DNA of 64,000 nucleotides from Escherichia coli (GCF_003334355.1 NZ_QOWP01000011.1), one strand, 5' to 3'; positions 46,414 to 59,976 are shown, counted from the stretch's first letter. Notes: generated by a model from the sequence alone, not told the origin. Numbers and translations: made by a program.

Positions 46414-47168
46414 TGGGAAATTCCTGGTTTACGGCCCGGTTGGGCGTCAAAGGTCATGCCGGTTTTACGGCGGCTGTCATCGCCCATCAGCCAGAGGTAG
46501 AGCGGCATGATATCAGCGGGTGTTTTAAGTTTCTGTGGATCTTCGGTCGGGAAGGCGCTGGCACGCATTGCGGTGCGCGTACCGCCTGGGTTAATGCAGT
46601 TGACGCGCAGGCGCTGCTGATATTCATCGGCCAGTACCTGCATCATCCCTTCGGTGGCAAATTTCGACGCTGCATATGCGCCCCAGTTGGCTCGTCCCTG
46701 ACGTCCAACGCTTGATGAAGTAAAGACCAGTGAACCGGCGTCCGATTTGAGTAATAAAGGAAGCAGTGCCTGGGTGAGCATAAAGGTGGCATTAACGTTG
46801 ACCTGTATGACGTCCTGCCAGACCTGTGGATTTTGTTCGCTCATTGGGCAAACATCGCCGAGCAATCCGGCATTATGCAAAACACCATCCAGACGCGGAT
46901 AATTAACGGTAATGCGCTGTGCCAGTTGTTGGCAATCTTCGGACGTGCAGGTCAGCAAATCGAGAATAAACCACTGTGGCTGACGTCCAGTTTCTTCGTT
47001 TATGTGGCTGGCTACCTGACGTAATTTTTCTTCATTACGGCCCAACAGAATCACTGTCGCACCATAGCGTGCATACGTCATCGCGGCTTCACGGCCAATC
47101 CCATCGCTGGCTCCCGTCACCAGGATAATGCGATCATTGAGTAAATCTTGTTTTGGCTGGTAATGCAT
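46410..47168 (-). CDS. yciK: short-chain dehydrogenase/reductase
   Basis: 252-aa ORF with Rossmann motif TGASDGIG and YxxxK; stop overlaps btuR start. Confidence 0.9.
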   Translation of the reverse strand: MHYQPKQDLLNDRIILVTGASDGIGREAAMTYARYGATVILLGRNEEKLRQVASHINEETGRQPQWFILDLLTCTSEDCQQLAQRITVNYPRLDGVLHNAGLLGDVCPMSEQNPQVWQDVIQVNVNATFMLTQALLPLLLKSDAGSLVFTSSSVGRQGRANWGAYAASKFATEGMMQVLADEYQQRLRVNCINPGGTRTAMRASAFPTEDPQKLKTPADIMPLYLWLMGDDSRRKTGMTFDAQPGRKPGISQ

Positions 47169-47387
47169 GGCTACTCCTCAACGACGTTGTCTGTCGCGCT
47201 GCCAGTGTACTTTATGACTTTGGGGCTTTATGCCTGAAACAGAAGGGCATTTCAATCAGCCTGGGGCGATAACACCGCAAAATGGATACTTTGTCATACT
47301 TTCGCTGCAATAACATCTCTGCGAGACGGCTTAACATGCCTGTTGTAAACTGTGAGCCAAAGCGTTGTTTAACCAAGGTGGGGACTC

Positions 47388-48437
47388 GTGGAATTGTTGT
47401 CTGAATATGGTTTGTTTTTGGCGAAAATCGTTACCGTTGTGCTAGCGATTGCGGCGATTGCCGCCATTATTGTCAATGTTGCTCAACGTAATAAACGCCA
47501 GCGTGGCGAGTTACGGGTCAACAATCTCAGCGAACAGTATAAGGAGATGAAAGAAGAACTGGCCGCGGCGCTGATGGACTCACATCAGCAAAAACAGTGG
47601 CACAAAGCGCAGAAGAAAAAGCATAAGCAAGAAGCGAAAGCAGCAAAAGCGAAAGCCAAACTGGGAGAGGTGGCAACTGACAGTAAACCCCGCGTCTGGG
47701 TGCTGGATTTTAAAGGCAGCATGGACGCCCATGAAGTGAACTCGCTACGTGAAGAGATAACGGCTGTACTCGCAGCATTCAAACCGCAGGATCAGGTTGT
47801 ACTACGTCTGGAAAGCCCTGGTGGCATGGTGCATGGTTACGGGTTGGCGGCTTCGCAGCTGCAGCGTCTGCGTGATAAAAACATTCCTTTAACTGTTACG
47901 GTAGACAAAGTCGCTGCCAGCGGCGGTTACATGATGGCCTGTGTGGCGGACAAAATTGTTTCCGCACCGTTTGCTATTGTGGGTTCCATTGGGGTGGTGG
48001 CGCAAATGCCCAACTTTAACCGCTTCCTGAAAAGCAAAGATATTGATATCGAACTTCACACCGCCGGGCAGTATAAGCGTACGCTGACCTTGCTGGGTGA
48101 AAATACCGAAGAAGGGCGGGAGAAATTCCGCGAAGAGCTGAACGAAACGCATCAGTTATTTAAAGATTTTGTGAAGCGTATGCGTCCGTCTCTGGATATT
48201 GAACAGGTGGCAACGGGTGAACACTGGTACGGACAACAGGCGGTAGAGAAAGGCCTGGTTGATGAAATCAACACCAGTGATGAAGTTATTCTTAGCCTGA
48301 TGGAAGGCCGAGAAGTGGTCAATGTACGCTATATGCAGCGTAAACGACTCATTGACCGATTCACCGGCAGCGCGGCAGAGAGCGCCGATCGATTGTTGTT
48401 ACGCTGGTGGCAGCGGGGGCAAAAGCCATTGATGTAA
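47388..48437 (+). CDS. sohB: S49-family periplasmic protease
   Basis: 349-aa ORF with N-terminal TM and Lys-rich linker. Confidence 0.92.
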   Translation: MELLSEYGLFLAKIVTVVLAIAAIAAIIVNVAQRNKRQRGELRVNNLSEQYKEMKEELAAALMDSHQQKQWHKAQKKKHKQEAKAAKAKAKLGEVATDSKPRVWVLDFKGSMDAHEVNSLREEITAVLAAFKPQDQVVLRLESPGGMVHGYGLAASQLQRLRDKNIPLTVTVDKVAASGGYMMACVADKIVSAPFAIVGSIGVVAQMPNFNRFLKSKDIDIELHTAGQYKRTLTLLGENTEEGREKFREELNETHQLFKDFVKRMRPSLDIEQVATGEHWYGQQAVEKGLVDEINTSDEVILSLMEGREVVNVRYMQRKRLIDRFTGSAAESADRLLLRWWQRGQKPLM

Positions 48438-48444
48438 AAGACAA

Positions 48445-48469
48445 ACGCGAGGGTAAGACCTCGCGTTTT
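48445..48469 (+). terminator. sohB terminator
   Basis: acgcgagg / cctcgcgt hairpin followed by tttt. Confidence 0.65.
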
Positions 48470-48472
48470 GCT

Positions 48473-48724
48473 TTAATCAACCAGGTGATATTTTTCTGAA
48501 AGCACATGGGCCAGGTGTTTGAACATATTAAACACCGCGGTGCTTTTGGCTGTTGGCAATCCTTGTTCATCTAAAAAGTAGTCGCCGGTAAATACCAGCA
48601 CGCCATTACGCTGCGTGACGCCGGTGGCTTCAATCCCTGCGAGCGTATCCTCATGCTCACGAATGATTTTGTTGGCCTCTTTCAACAGCGTTTCGCGGTC
48701 GATGGGGTGTGTCTCTTTGTTCAT
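48473..48724 (-). CDS. yciN: small protein YciN
   Basis: 83-aa ORF, position upstream of topA. Confidence 0.85.
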   Translation of the reverse strand: MNKETHPIDRETLLKEANKIIREHEDTLAGIEATGVTQRNGVLVFTGDYFLDEQGLPTAKSTAVFNMFKHLAHVLSEKYHLVD

Positions 48725-49103
48725 TATTTACTCCTTAAACAAGGACATTAGTCTACGCCAGGCATGGCTTGCAGACAAATATACCACGCTGGTGGCAAGA
48801 GCGCCTTACTGGCAACTTTGGATTTTGCATGCTAATAAAGTTGCGTATCGGATTTTATCAGGTACAGTGTGACGCTTTCGTCAATCTGGCAATAGATTTG
48901 CTTGACATTCGACCAAAATTCCGTCGTGCTATAGCGCCTGTAGGCCAAGACCTGTTAACTCAGTCACCTGAATTTTCGTGAACAGAGTCACGACAAGGGG
49001 TTGATATCCGCAGAGAGCGAGTCCATATCGGTAACTCGTTGCCAGTGGAAGGTTTATCAACGTGCGACGCATTCCTGGAAGAATCAAATTAGGTAAGGTG
49101 AAT

Positions 49104-51701
49104 ATGGGTAAAGCTCTTGTCATCGTTGAGTCCCCGGCAAAAGCCAAAACGATCAACAAGTATCTGGGTAGTGACTACGTGGTGAAATCCAGCGTCGGTC
49201 ACATCCGCGATTTGCCGACCAGTGGCTCAGCTGCCAAAAAGAGTGCCGACTCTACCTCCACCAAGACGGCTAAAAAGCCTAAAAAGGATGAACGTGGCGC
49301 TCTCGTCAACCGTATGGGGGTTGACCCGTGGCACAATTGGGAGGCGCACTATGAAGTGTTGCCTGGTAAAGAGAAGGTCGTCTCTGAACTGAAACAACTG
49401 GCTGAAAAAGCCGACCACATCTATCTCGCAACCGACCTTGACCGCGAAGGGGAAGCCATTGCATGGCACCTGCGGGAAGTGATTGGTGGTGATGATGCGC
49501 GCTATAGCCGAGTGGTGTTTAACGAAATTACTAAAAACGCGATCCGCCAGGCATTTAACAAACCGGGTGAGCTGAATATTGATCGTGTTAATGCCCAGCA
49601 GGCGCGTCGCTTTATGGACCGTGTGGTGGGGTATATGGTTTCGCCGCTGCTATGGAAAAAGATCGCTCGTGGTCTGTCTGCCGGTCGTGTGCAGTCGGTG
49701 GCAGTCCGCCTGGTGGTCGAGCGTGAGCGTGAAATTAAAGCGTTCGTGCCGGAAGAGTTCTGGGAAGTCGATGCCAGCACGACCACGCCATCTGGTGAAG
49801 CGTTGGCGTTGCAGGTGACTCATCAGAACGACAAACCGTTCCGTCCGGTCAACAAAGAACAAACTCAGGCTGCGGTAAGTCTGCTGGAAAAAGCGCGCTA
49901 CAGCGTGCTGGAACGTGAAGACAAACCGACAACCAGTAAACCTGGCGCTCCTTTTATTACCTCTACGCTGCAACAAGCTGCCAGCACCCGTCTTGGATTT
50001 GGCGTGAAAAAAACCATGATGATGGCGCAGCGTTTGTATGAAGCAGGCTATATCACTTACATGCGTACCGACTCCACTAACCTGAGTCAGGACGCGGTAA
50101 ATATGGTTCGCGGTTATATCAGCGATAATTTTGGTAAGAAATATCTGCCGGAAAGTCCGAATCAGTACGCCAGCAAAGAAAACTCACAGGAAGCGCACGA
50201 AGCGATTCGTCCTTCTGACGTCAATGTGATGGCGGAATCGCTGAAGGATATGGAAGCAGATGCGCAGAAACTGTACCAGTTAATCTGGCGTCAGTTCGTT
50301 GCCTGCCAGATGACCCCAGCGAAATATGACTCCACGACGCTGACCGTTGGTGCGGGCGATTTCCGCCTGAAAGCACGCGGTCGTATTTTGCGCTTTGATG
50401 GCTGGACGAAAGTGATGCCTGCACTGCGTAAAGGCGATGAAGATCGTATCTTACCAGCAGTTAATAAAGGCGATGCTCTGACGCTCGTTGAACTGACACC
50501 AGCCCAGCACTTTACCAAGCCGCCAGCCCGTTTCAGTGAAGCATCGCTGGTTAAAGAACTGGAAAAACGTGGTATCGGTCGTCCGTCTACCTATGCGTCG
50601 ATCATTTCGACCATTCAGGATCGTGGCTATGTGCGAGTAGAAAATCGTCGTTTCTATGCGGAAAAAATGGGCGAAATCGTCACCGATCGCCTGGAAGAGA
50701 ATTTCCGCGAGTTAATGAACTACGACTTCACCGCGCAGATGGAAAACAGCCTTGACCAGGTGGCAAATCACGAAGCAGAGTGGAAAGCTGTACTGGATCA
50801 CTTCTTCTCGGATTTCACCCAGCAGTTAGATAAAGCTGAAAAAGATCCGGAAGAGGGTGGTATGCGCCCGAACCAGATGGTTCTGACCAGCATTGACTGC
50901 CCGACTTGTGGTCGCAAAATGGGGATTCGCACAGCGAGCACCGGGGTATTCCTTGGCTGTTCTGGCTATGCGCTGCCGCCGAAAGAGCGTTGCAAAACCA
51001 CCATTAACCTGGTGCCGGAAAACGAAGTGCTGAACGTGCTGGAAGGCGAAGACGCTGAAACCAACGCGCTGCGCGCAAAACGTCGTTGCCCGAAATGCGG
51101 CACGGCGATGGACAGCTATCTCATCGATCCGAAACGTAAGTTGCATGTCTGTGGTAATAACCCAACCTGCGACGGTTACGAGATCGAAGAGGGCGAATTC
51201 CGCATTAAAGGTTATGACGGCCCGATCGTTGAGTGTGAAAAATGTGGCTCTGAAATGCACCTGAAAATGGGGCGTTTCGGTAAATACATGGCCTGCACCA
51301 ACGAAGAGTGTAAAAACACACGTAAGATTTTACGTAACGGCGAAGTGGCACCACCGAAAGAAGATCCGGTGCCATTACCTGAGCTGCCGTGCGAAAAATC
51401 AGATGCTTATTTCGTGCTGCGTGACGGCGCTGCGGGTGTTTTCCTGGCTGCCAACACTTTCCCGAAATCGCGTGAAACGCGTGCGCCACTGGTGGAAGAG
51501 CTTTATCGCTTCCGCGACCGTCTGCCGGAAAAACTGCGTTATCTGGCCGATGCGCCACAGCAGGATCCGGAAGGTAATAAGACCATGGTTCGCTTTAGCC
51601 GTAAAACCAAACAGCAATATGTCTCTTCGGAAAAAGACGGAAAGGCGACTGGCTGGTCAGCATTTTATGTTGATGGCAAATGGGTTGAAGGAAAAAAATA
51701 A
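49104..51701 (+). CDS. topA: DNA topoisomerase I
   Basis: ATG at 49104 ([22 protein letters not shown]); Toprim domain; C-terminal zinc-ribbon repeats; 865 aa. Confidence 0.93.
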   Translation: MGKALVIVESPAKAKTINKYLGSDYVVKSSVGHIRDLPTSGSAAKKSADSTSTKTAKKPKKDERGALVNRMGVDPWHNWEAHYEVLPGKEKVVSELKQLAEKADHIYLATDLDREGEAIAWHLREVIGGDDARYSRVVFNEITKNAIRQAFNKPGELNIDRVNAQQARRFMDRVVGYMVSPLLWKKIARGLSAGRVQSVAVRLVVEREREIKAFVPEEFWEVDASTTTPSGEALALQVTHQNDKPFRPVNKEQTQAAVSLLEKARYSVLEREDKPTTSKPGAPFITSTLQQAASTRLGFGVKKTMMMAQRLYEAGYITYMRTDSTNLSQDAVNMVRGYISDNFGKKYLPESPNQYASKENSQEAHEAIRPSDVNVMAESLKDMEADAQKLYQLIWRQFVACQMTPAKYDSTTLTVGAGDFRLKARGRILRFDGWTKVMPALRKGDEDRILPAVNKGDALTLVELTPAQHFTKPPARFSEASLVKELEKRGIGRPSTYASIISTIQDRGYVRVENRRFYAEKMGEIVTDRLEENFRELMNYDFTAQMENSLDQVANHEAEWKAVLDHFFSDFTQQLDKAEKDPEEGGMRPNQMVLTSIDCPTCGRKMGIRTASTGVFLGCSGYALPPKERCKTTINLVPENEVLNVLEGEDAETNALRAKRRCPKCGTAMDSYLIDPKRKLHVCGNNPTCDGYEIEEGEFRIKGYDGPIVECEKCGSEMHLKMGRFGKYMACTNEECKNTRKILRNGEVAPPKEDPVPLPELPCEKSDAYFVLRDGAAGVFLAANTFPKSRETRAPLVEELYRFRDRLPEKLRYLADAPQQDPEGNKTMVRFSRKTKQQYVSSEKDGKATGWSAFYVDGKWVEGKK

Positions 51702-51732
51702 CCTTTAATTCTGTCAGGTTTTTATAAACAAA

Positions 51733-51756
51733 GGGTCGCGAAAGCGGCCCTTTTTT
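51733..51756 (+). terminator. topA terminator
   Basis: gggtcgc-gaaa-gcggccc hairpin followed by tttttt. Confidence 0.7.
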
Positions 51757-51886
51757 ATTGCATATTATTTTTTCTTCACACCTATACACTAAGGCTATAA
51801 ATGATATAGTGGTTATAGTTAGCACCTTTTTTATTATTAAATCGTATTAGTCACCCGCCAGGTGTGACGAAAAAACGATGTTCTGA

Positions 51887-52885
<999 letters not shown>

Positions 52886-53203
52886 TTTCTTGCGTTATTT
52901 TCGGCACCTTTTATGTAGCGAAGGTGCCGGAATATATTCTCTTTTGTTACTTATTTCTATACCGTGCACAATATTTTTATCCCTCATATTTATAGGGTAA
53001 ATTACCTGTAAAGTAGTGTCTAATTACCCGCCTCGCAAACTCCAGTTTTCAAATATCTATTTCAGGTCAAAAGATTGAATTATTCACTGGAGACGATTCG
53101 TAAATTCGCTGGATTTTTGACTAAAGTTTCTTTAGGATTTGTCTCATCGTATGATTAATTACACCAATCGTTCAACGTCTTGCTGATAAGTGATGGCGAT
53201 TAT

Positions 53204-53344
53204 ATGAGGTTAGCAATGCCTTCTGGAAATCAGGAACCCCGCCGCGATCCTGAATTAAAACGTAAAGCCTGGCTGGCGGTTTTTCTTGGTTCTGCACTTT
53301 TCTGGGTGGTTGTCGCACTGCTGATTTGGAAAGTGTGGGGATAA
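53204..53344 (+). CDS. ymiA: small membrane protein
   Basis: 46-codon ORF MRLAMPSGNQEPRRDPELKRKAWLAVFLGSALFWVVVALLIWKVWG with one predicted TM helix. Confidence 0.55.
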   Translation: MRLAMPSGNQEPRRDPELKRKAWLAVFLGSALFWVVVALLIWKVWG

Positions 53345-53346
53345 CT

Positions 53347-53514
53347 ATGGTCGGTCAGGAGCAACTGGAGTCGTCACCATTATGCCAGCATAGTGACAAT
53401 GAAACAGAAACGAAACGGGAATGTTCCGTCGTTATTCCAGACGACTGGCAACTAACATCGCAGCAGCAAGCCTTTATAGAACTGTTTGCTGAAGATGATC
53501 AGCCGAAACAATAA
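53347..53514 (+). CDS. yciX: small acidic protein
   Basis: 55-codon ORF from ATG 53347, 2 nt after ymiA stop; ORF also open from 53326. Confidence 0.55.
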   Translation: MVGQEQLESSPLCQHSDNETETKRECSVVIPDDWQLTSQQQAFIELFAEDDQPKQ

Positions 53515-53886
53515 TTATCATCATTCTTATTACCCATTTTTAATGAATTAAAGGGCTTTTAATACACCGCAGCAATAACAGCTTGAGTTATCTCAACACA
53601 AAATAATAACCGTTAAGGGTGTAGCCTATGATCAACACAAATATGAAATATTGGTCCTGGATGGGCGCGTTTTCTCTGTCGATGCTCTTCTGGGCCGAAC
53701 TCCTCTGGATCATTACTCACTGATCCTTGACCCCGCTGCGGCGGGGTTGTCATTTGCTTTGCCACAAGGTTTCTCCTCTTTTATCAATTTGGGTTGTTAT
53801 CAAATCGTTACGCGATGTTTGTGTTATCTTTAATATTCACCCTGAAGAGAATCAGGGCTTCGCAACCCTGTCATTAAGGAGGAGCT

Positions 53887-56562
53887 ATGTCGTCAACCCT
53901 ACGAGAAGCCAGTAAGGACACGTTGCAGGCCAAAGATAAAACTTACCACTACTACAGCCTGCCGCTTGCTGCTAAATCACTGGGCGATATCACCCGTCTA
54001 CCCAAGTCACTCAAAGTTTTGCTCGAAAACCTGCTGCGCTGGCAGGATGGTAACTCGGTTACCGAAGAGGATATCCACGCGCTGGCAGGATGGCTGAAAA
54101 ATGCCCATGCTGACCGTGAAATTGCCTACCGCCCGGCAAGGGTGCTGATGCAGGACTTTACCGGCGTACCTGCCGTTGTTGATCTGGCGGCAATGCGCGA
54201 AGCGGTTAAACGCCTCGGCGGCGATACTGCAAAGGTTAACCCGCTCTCACCGGTCGACCTGGTCATTGACCACTCGGTGACCGTCGACCGTTTTGGTGAT
54301 GATGAGGCATTTGAAGAAAACGTACGCCTGGAAATGGAGCGCAACCACGAACGTTATGTGTTCCTGAAATGGGGAAAGCAAGCGTTCAGTCGGTTTAGCG
54401 TCGTGCCGCCAGGCACAGGCATTTGCCATCAGGTTAACCTCGAATATCTCGGCAAAGCAGTGTGGAGTGAATTGCAGGACGGTGAATGGATTGCTTATCC
54501 GGATACACTCGTTGGTACTGACTCGCACACCACTATGATCAACGGCCTTGGCGTGCTGGGGTGGGGCGTGGGTGGGATCGAAGCAGAAGCCGCAATGTTA
54601 GGCCAGCCGGTTTCCATGCTTATCCCGGACGTAGTGGGCTTTAAACTTACCGGTAAATTACGTGAAGGTATTACCGCCACAGACCTGGTTCTCACTGTTA
54701 CCCAAATGCTGCGCAAACATGGCGTGGTGGGGAAATTCGTCGAATTTTATGGTGATGGTCTGGATTCACTACCGCTGGCGGATCGCGCCACCATTGCCAA
54801 TATGTCGCCAGAATATGGTGCCACCTGTGGCTTCTTCCCAATCGATGCTGTAACCCTCGATTACATGCGTTTAAGCGGGCGCAGCGAAGATCAGGTTGAG
54901 TTGGTCGAAAAATATGCCAAAGCGCAGGGCATGTGGCGTAACCCGGGCGATGAACCGATTTTTACCAGTACGTTAGAACTGGATATGAATGACGTTGAAG
55001 CGAGCCTGGCAGGGCCAAAACGCCCACAGGATCGCGTTGCACTGCCCGATGTACCAAAAGCATTTGCCGCCAGTAACGAACTGGAAGTGAATGCCACGCA
55101 TAAAGATCGCCAGCCGGTCGATTATGTTATGAACGGACATCAGTATCAGTTACCTGATGGCGCTGTGGTCATTGCTGCGATAACCTCGTGCACCAACACC
55201 TCTAACCCAAGTGTGCTGATGGCTGCAGGCTTGCTGGCGAAAAAAGCCGTAATTCTTGGCCTCAAGCGGCAACCGTGGGTCAAAGCGTCGCTGGCACCAG
55301 GCTCGAAAGTTGTTTCTGACTATCTGGCAAAAGCGAAACTGACACCGTTTCTCGACGAACTGGGGTTTAACCTTGTGGGATACGGTTGTACTACCTGTAT
55401 TGGTAACTCTGGGCCGCTGCCCGATCCTATCGAAACGGCAATCAAAAAAGGCGATTTAACCGTCGGTGCAGTGCTGTCCGGCAACCGTAACTTTGAAGGC
55501 CGTATCCATCCGCTGGTTAAAACCAACTGGCTGGCCTCGCCGCCGCTGGTGGTTGCCTATGCGCTGGCGGGAAATATGAATATCAACCTGGCTTCTGAGC
55601 CTATTGGTCATGATCGTAAAGGCGATCCGGTTTATCTGAAAGATATCTGGCCATCGGCACAAGAAATTGCCCGTGCGGTAGAACAAGTCTCCACAGAAAT
55701 GTTCCGCAAAGAGTACGCAGAAGTTTTTGAAGGCACAGCAGAGTGGAAGGAAATTAACGTCACACGATCCGATACCTACGGTTGGCAGGAGGACTCAACC
55801 TATATTCGCTTATCGCCTTTCTTTGATGAAATGCAGGCAACACCAGCACCAGTGGAAGATATTCACGGTGCGCGGATCCTCGCAATGCTGGGGGATTCAG
55901 TCACCACTGACCATATCTCTCCGGCGGGCAGTATTAAGCCCGACAGCCCAGCGGGTCGATATCTACAAGGTCGGGGTGTTGAGCGAAAAGACTTTAACTC
56001 CTACGGTTCGCGGCGTGGTAACCATGAAGTGATGATGCGCGGCACCTTCGCCAATATTCGCATCCGTAATGAAATGGTGCCTGGCGTTGAAGGGGGGATG
56101 ACGCGGCATTTACCTGACAGCGACGTAGTCTCTATTTATGATGCTGCGATGCGCTATAAGCAGGAACAAACGCCGCTGGCGGTGATTGCCGGGAAAGAGT
56201 ATGGTTCAGGCTCAAGCCGTGACTGGGCGGCAAAAGGTCCTCGTCTGCTTGGAATTCGTGTGGTGATTGCCGAATCGTTTGAACGAATTCACCGTTCGAA
56301 TTTAATTGGCATGGGCATCCTGCCGCTGGAATTTCCGCAAGGCGTAACGCGTAAAACGTTAGGACTAACCGGGGAAGAGAAGATTGATATTGGCGATCTG
56401 CAAAATCTACAACCCGGTGCGACGGTTCCGGTGACGCTTACGCGTGCGGATGGTAGCCAGGAGGTCGTACCCTGCCGTTGTCGTATCGACACCGCGACGG
56501 AGTTGACCTACTACCAGAACGACGGCATTTTGCATTATGTCATTCGTAATATGCTGAAGTAA
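53887..56562 (+). CDS. acnA: aconitate hydratase A
   Basis: 891-aa ORF with aconitase Cys ligands and swivel domain. Confidence 0.95.
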   Translation: MSSTLREASKDTLQAKDKTYHYYSLPLAAKSLGDITRLPKSLKVLLENLLRWQDGNSVTEEDIHALAGWLKNAHADREIAYRPARVLMQDFTGVPAVVDLAAMREAVKRLGGDTAKVNPLSPVDLVIDHSVTVDRFGDDEAFEENVRLEMERNHERYVFLKWGKQAFSRFSVVPPGTGICHQVNLEYLGKAVWSELQDGEWIAYPDTLVGTDSHTTMINGLGVLGWGVGGIEAEAAMLGQPVSMLIPDVVGFKLTGKLREGITATDLVLTVTQMLRKHGVVGKFVEFYGDGLDSLPLADRATIANMSPEYGATCGFFPIDAVTLDYMRLSGRSEDQVELVEKYAKAQGMWRNPGDEPIFTSTLELDMNDVEASLAGPKRPQDRVALPDVPKAFAASNELEVNATHKDRQPVDYVMNGHQYQLPDGAVVIAAITSCTNTSNPSVLMAAGLLAKKAVILGLKRQPWVKASLAPGSKVVSDYLAKAKLTPFLDELGFNLVGYGCTTCIGNSGPLPDPIETAIKKGDLTVGAVLSGNRNFEGRIHPLVKTNWLASPPLVVAYALAGNMNINLASEPIGHDRKGDPVYLKDIWPSAQEIARAVEQVSTEMFRKEYAEVFEGTAEWKEINVTRSDTYGWQEDSTYIRLSPFFDEMQATPAPVEDIHGARILAMLGDSVTTDHISPAGSIKPDSPAGRYLQGRGVERKDFNSYGSRRGNHEVMMRGTFANIRIRNEMVPGVEGGMTRHLPDSDVVSIYDAAMRYKQEQTPLAVIAGKEYGSGSSRDWAAKGPRLLGIRVVIAESFERIHRSNLIGMGILPLEFPQGVTRKTLGLTGEEKIDIGDLQNLQPGATVPVTLTRADGSQEVVPCRCRIDTATELTYYQNDGILHYVIRNMLK

Positions 56563-56569
56563 CAAGTAT

Positions 56570-56602
56570 TTGCTTGCCGGTTATTTTGCTTCCGGCAAGC
56601 AA
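56570..56602. terminator. bidirectional acnA/ribA terminator
   Basis: Perfect 11-bp inverted repeat ttgcttgccgg / ccggcaagcaa between convergent genes. Confidence 0.65.
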
Positions 56603-56625
56603 ATGAATTACACAATGCAAGAGGG

Positions 56626-57216
56626 TTATTTGTTCAGCAAATGGCCCATTTTCTCGGCTTTGGTATCGAGATAATGTTCGTTATTGGGGTTACGACCTAC
56701 AATCAATGGTACGCGTTCAACAATATTAATCCCTGCTTCGGTCAGAATTTCGACTTTTTTCGGGTTATTGGTTAACAAGCGGACTTCATTGACGCCAAGG
56801 AGTTTGAACATATCAGCGCAAAGAGTGAAGTCGCGCTCATCAGCGGCGAAGCCTAACTGGTGGTTAGCCTCTACGGTATCGTAACCTTGATCCTGCAGTG
56901 CGTAAGCGCGGATTTTATTCAGCAGACCAATGTTACGACCTTCCTGACGGTGATAGAGCAAAATACCACGGCCTTCCTCGGCAATTTGCGTCAATGCCGC
57001 TTCGAGCTGGAAGCCACAATCGCAGCGCAAGCTGAACAGGGCGTCACCGGTCAGACATTCGGAATGGACGCGCGCAAGTACCGGGGTATGCCCGGAAATA
57101 TCGCCATAGACTAGCGCGACATGATCGTGTCCGGTTGCCAGTTCTTCAAATCCCACCATCAGGAAATCGCCCCATGGGGTTGGCAGTTTGGCTTCTGCCA
57201 CACGTTTAAGCTGCAT
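56626..57216 (-). CDS. ribA: GTP cyclohydrolase II
   Basis: ATG at 57216-57214 ([10 protein letters not shown]); zinc-binding Cys cluster CLTGD...CDCG; 196 aa. Confidence 0.9.
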
Positions 57217-57385
57217 GAAATTCTCCAGATAATGCTGGTTCTGTATTGGCTTATTTTGCCATAACGAGAAGGGGTTCACCTAATCACGACGCGTCGATCG
57301 TTCACGGAATGGCACAAATCTGTCAATTTTTCCTGGAACTGGCATTTTCAGTTATGATTGTGGGACTTATCAAAAAGGAGAGGCC

Positions 57386-58150
57386 ATGCGTTCGATTGCC
57401 CGACGTACCGCAGTGGGAGCTGCACTATTGCTTGTTATGCCAGTAGCCGTATGGATTTCTGGCTGGCGTTGGCAACCTGGAGAACAAAGTTGGCTACTAA
57501 AAGCGGCTTTTTGGGTTACTGAAACTGTCACCCAGCCCTGGGGCGTCATTACACATTTGATTTTATTCGGCTGGTTTCTCTGGTGTCTGCGTTTTCGCAT
57601 TAAGGCTGCCTTTGTATTATTTGCCATTCTGGCGGCGGCAATCCTTGTGGGACAAGGCGTTAAATCCTGGATCAAAGACAAAGTCCAGGAACCACGACCT
57701 TTTGTTATCTGGCTGGAAAAAACACATCATATTCCGGTTGATGAGTTCTACACTTTAAAGCGAGCAGAACGCGGAAATCTAGTGAAAGAACAGTTGGCTG
57801 AAGAGAAAAATATCCCACAATATTTGCGTTCACACTGGCAGAAAGAGACGGGGTTTGCCTTTCCTTCCGGTCACACGATGTTTGCTGCCAGTTGGGCACT
57901 GCTGGCCGTTGGTTTGCTGTGGCCGCGTCGGCGAACGTTAACCATTGCTATCTTGCTGGTCTGGGCAACGGGAGTCATGGGAAGCCGCCTGCTGCTCGGG
58001 ATGCATTGGCCACGCGATCTGGTGGTAGCTACGTTGATTTCGTGGGCGCTGGTGGCGGTGGCAACGTGGCTTACGCAACGAATTTGTGGGCCATTAACAC
58101 CGCCTGCGGAAGAAAATCGCGAAATAGCGCAACGAGAACAAGAAAGTTAA
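57386..58150 (+). CDS. pgpB: phosphatidylglycerophosphatase B (PAP2 family)
   Basis: 254-aa multi-TM ORF with PAP2 motifs (PSGHT, SRLLLGMHWPRD). Confidence 0.92.
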   Translation: MRSIARRTAVGAALLLVMPVAVWISGWRWQPGEQSWLLKAAFWVTETVTQPWGVITHLILFGWFLWCLRFRIKAAFVLFAILAAAILVGQGVKSWIKDKVQEPRPFVIWLEKTHHIPVDEFYTLKRAERGNLVKEQLAEEKNIPQYLRSHWQKETGFAFPSGHTMFAASWALLAVGLLWPRRRTLTIAILLVWATGVMGSRLLLGMHWPRDLVVATLISWALVAVATWLTQRICGPLTPPAEENREIAQREQES

Positions 58151-58298
58151 CGCTGGTTGATTTTCCGAATTTAGCCCTTAAATCATCAACAATGCGTGTG
58201 GATGCCATTTCGCAGACGGCGCGAAAATGGTACTTTAAAGGGCTATTGCGGTAAGTTGACCATAATTTATTCGCTCTAACCACATAACGGGAAGTAAT

Positions 58299-58607
58299 GT
58301 GAAATATTTACTCATTTTCTTACTGGTGTTAGCGATCTTCGTGATTTCGGTCACGTTGGGTGCGCAGAACGATCAACAGGTGACGTTTAATTATCTGTTA
58401 GCGCAAGGGGAGTACCGTATTTCCACATTGCTGGCGGTATTGTTTGCTGCGGGGTTTGCTATCGGTTGGTTGATTTGTGGCCTGTTCTGGCTGCGAGTTC
58501 GTGTTTCCCTGGCGCGCGCTGAACGTAAAATAAAGCGACTGGAAAACCAGCTTTCACCCGCGACTGACGTGGCTGTAGTGCCGCACTCGTCAGCGGCGAA
58601 GGAATAA
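58299..58607 (+). CDS. lapA: LPS assembly protein A
   Basis: 102-aa ORF with two TM helices. Confidence 0.85.
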   Translation: MKYLLIFLLVLAIFVISVTLGAQNDQQVTFNYLLAQGEYRISTLLAVLFAAGFAIGWLICGLFWLRVRVSLARAERKIKRLENQLSPATDVAVVPHSSAAKE

Positions 58608-58613
58608 CTTTCT

Positions 58614-59783
58614 ATGCTGGAGTTGTTGTTTCTGCTTTTGCCTGTAGCCGCTGCCTATGGCTGGTATATGGGCCGCAGAAGTGCGCAACAAAACAAGCAA
58701 GATGAAGCCAACCGCTTGTCGCGTGATTACGTAGCGGGGGTTAACTTCCTGCTTAGTAATCAACAGGATAAAGCGGTAGACCTGTTTCTCGATATGCTTA
58801 AAGAGGATACAGGCACCGTTGAAGCCCACCTTACGCTCGGAAACCTGTTCCGTTCGCGTGGCGAAGTTGATCGCGCTATTCGCATCCATCAGACCCTAAT
58901 GGAAAGCGCCTCGCTGACCTATGAACAGCGTCTGTTGGCGATTCAACAACTGGGGCGTGATTACATGGCCGCCGGGTTATATGACCGCGCGGAAGACATG
59001 TTCAATCAGCTGACCGATGAAACTGACTTCCGCATTGGCGCGCTGCAACAGTTGCTACAAATCTACCAGGCTACCAGTGAGTGGCAGAAAGCAATTGATG
59101 TTGCCGAACGCCTGGTGAAGCTGGGTAAAGATAAACAGCGCGTCGAAATTGCCCATTTCTACTGTGAGTTAGCCCTGCAGCATATGGCCAGCGACGATCT
59201 CGATCGTGCCATGACCTTGCTAAAAAAAGGGGCGGCGGCAGATAAAAACAGCGCCCGCGTATCCATAATGATGGGACGCGTGTTTATGGCGAAAGGAGAA
59301 TACGCCAAAGCCGTCGAAAGTCTGCAACGCGTGATATCCCAGGACAGAGCACTGGTCAGCGAAACGCTGGAAATGTTGCAAACCTGCTATCAGCAGTTGG
59401 GTAAAACTGCCGAATGGGCAGAATTCCTGCAGCGTGCGGTGGAAGAGAACACCGGTGCCGATGCTGAATTGATGCTTGCTGATATCATCGAAGCGCGCGA
59501 CGGTAGTGAGGCCGCACAGGTCTATATTACGCGCCAGCTTCAGCGTCATCCGACCATGCGTGTGTTCCATAAGTTAATGGATTACCACTTAAATGAAGCG
59601 GAAGAAGGGCGTGCCAAAGAGAGCCTGATGGTGCTGCGTGACATGGTTGGCGAGAAGGTACGTAGTAAGCCTCGTTATCGTTGCCAGAAATGTGGTTTTA
59701 CCGCATACACCCTCTACTGGCATTGTCCGTCTTGTCGGGCCTGGTCAACCATTAAACCGATTCGCGGTCTTGATGGCCTGTAA
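58614..59783 (+). CDS. lapB: LPS assembly protein B (TPR repeats plus rubredoxin-like zinc finger)
   Basis: 389-aa ORF; N-terminal TM, TPR repeats, C-terminal CQKCG...CPSC. Confidence 0.9.
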   Translation: MLELLFLLLPVAAAYGWYMGRRSAQQNKQDEANRLSRDYVAGVNFLLSNQQDKAVDLFLDMLKEDTGTVEAHLTLGNLFRSRGEVDRAIRIHQTLMESASLTYEQRLLAIQQLGRDYMAAGLYDRAEDMFNQLTDETDFRIGALQQLLQIYQATSEWQKAIDVAERLVKLGKDKQRVEIAHFYCELALQHMASDDLDRAMTLLKKGAAADKNSARVSIMMGRVFMAKGEYAKAVESLQRVISQDRALVSETLEMLQTCYQQLGKTAEWAEFLQRAVEENTGADAELMLADIIEARDGSEAAQVYITRQLQRHPTMRVFHKLMDYHLNEAEEGRAKESLMVLRDMVGEKVRSKPRYRCQKCGFTAYTLYWHCPSCRAWSTIKPIRGLDGL

Positions 59784-59976
59784 TTTTTAAAAAAAATCCG
59801 ACTTTAGTTACAACATACTAATTATTAATGTTCCATTGTGCTCCGGCAACGACGGCGCAGAAAAAGCCTGCCAGGGGAGAAATCGCAACTGTTAATTTTT
59901 TATTTCCACGGGTAGAATGCTCGCCGTTTACCTGTTTCGCGCCACTTCCGGTGCCCATCATCAAGAAGGTCTGGTC

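Noticed and set aside
52902-52929. Hairpin cggcacctt/aaggtgccg after cysB as a terminator
   Set aside because: Stem is present but no T-tract follows; could be a weak terminator or an RNA stability element, not enough to call
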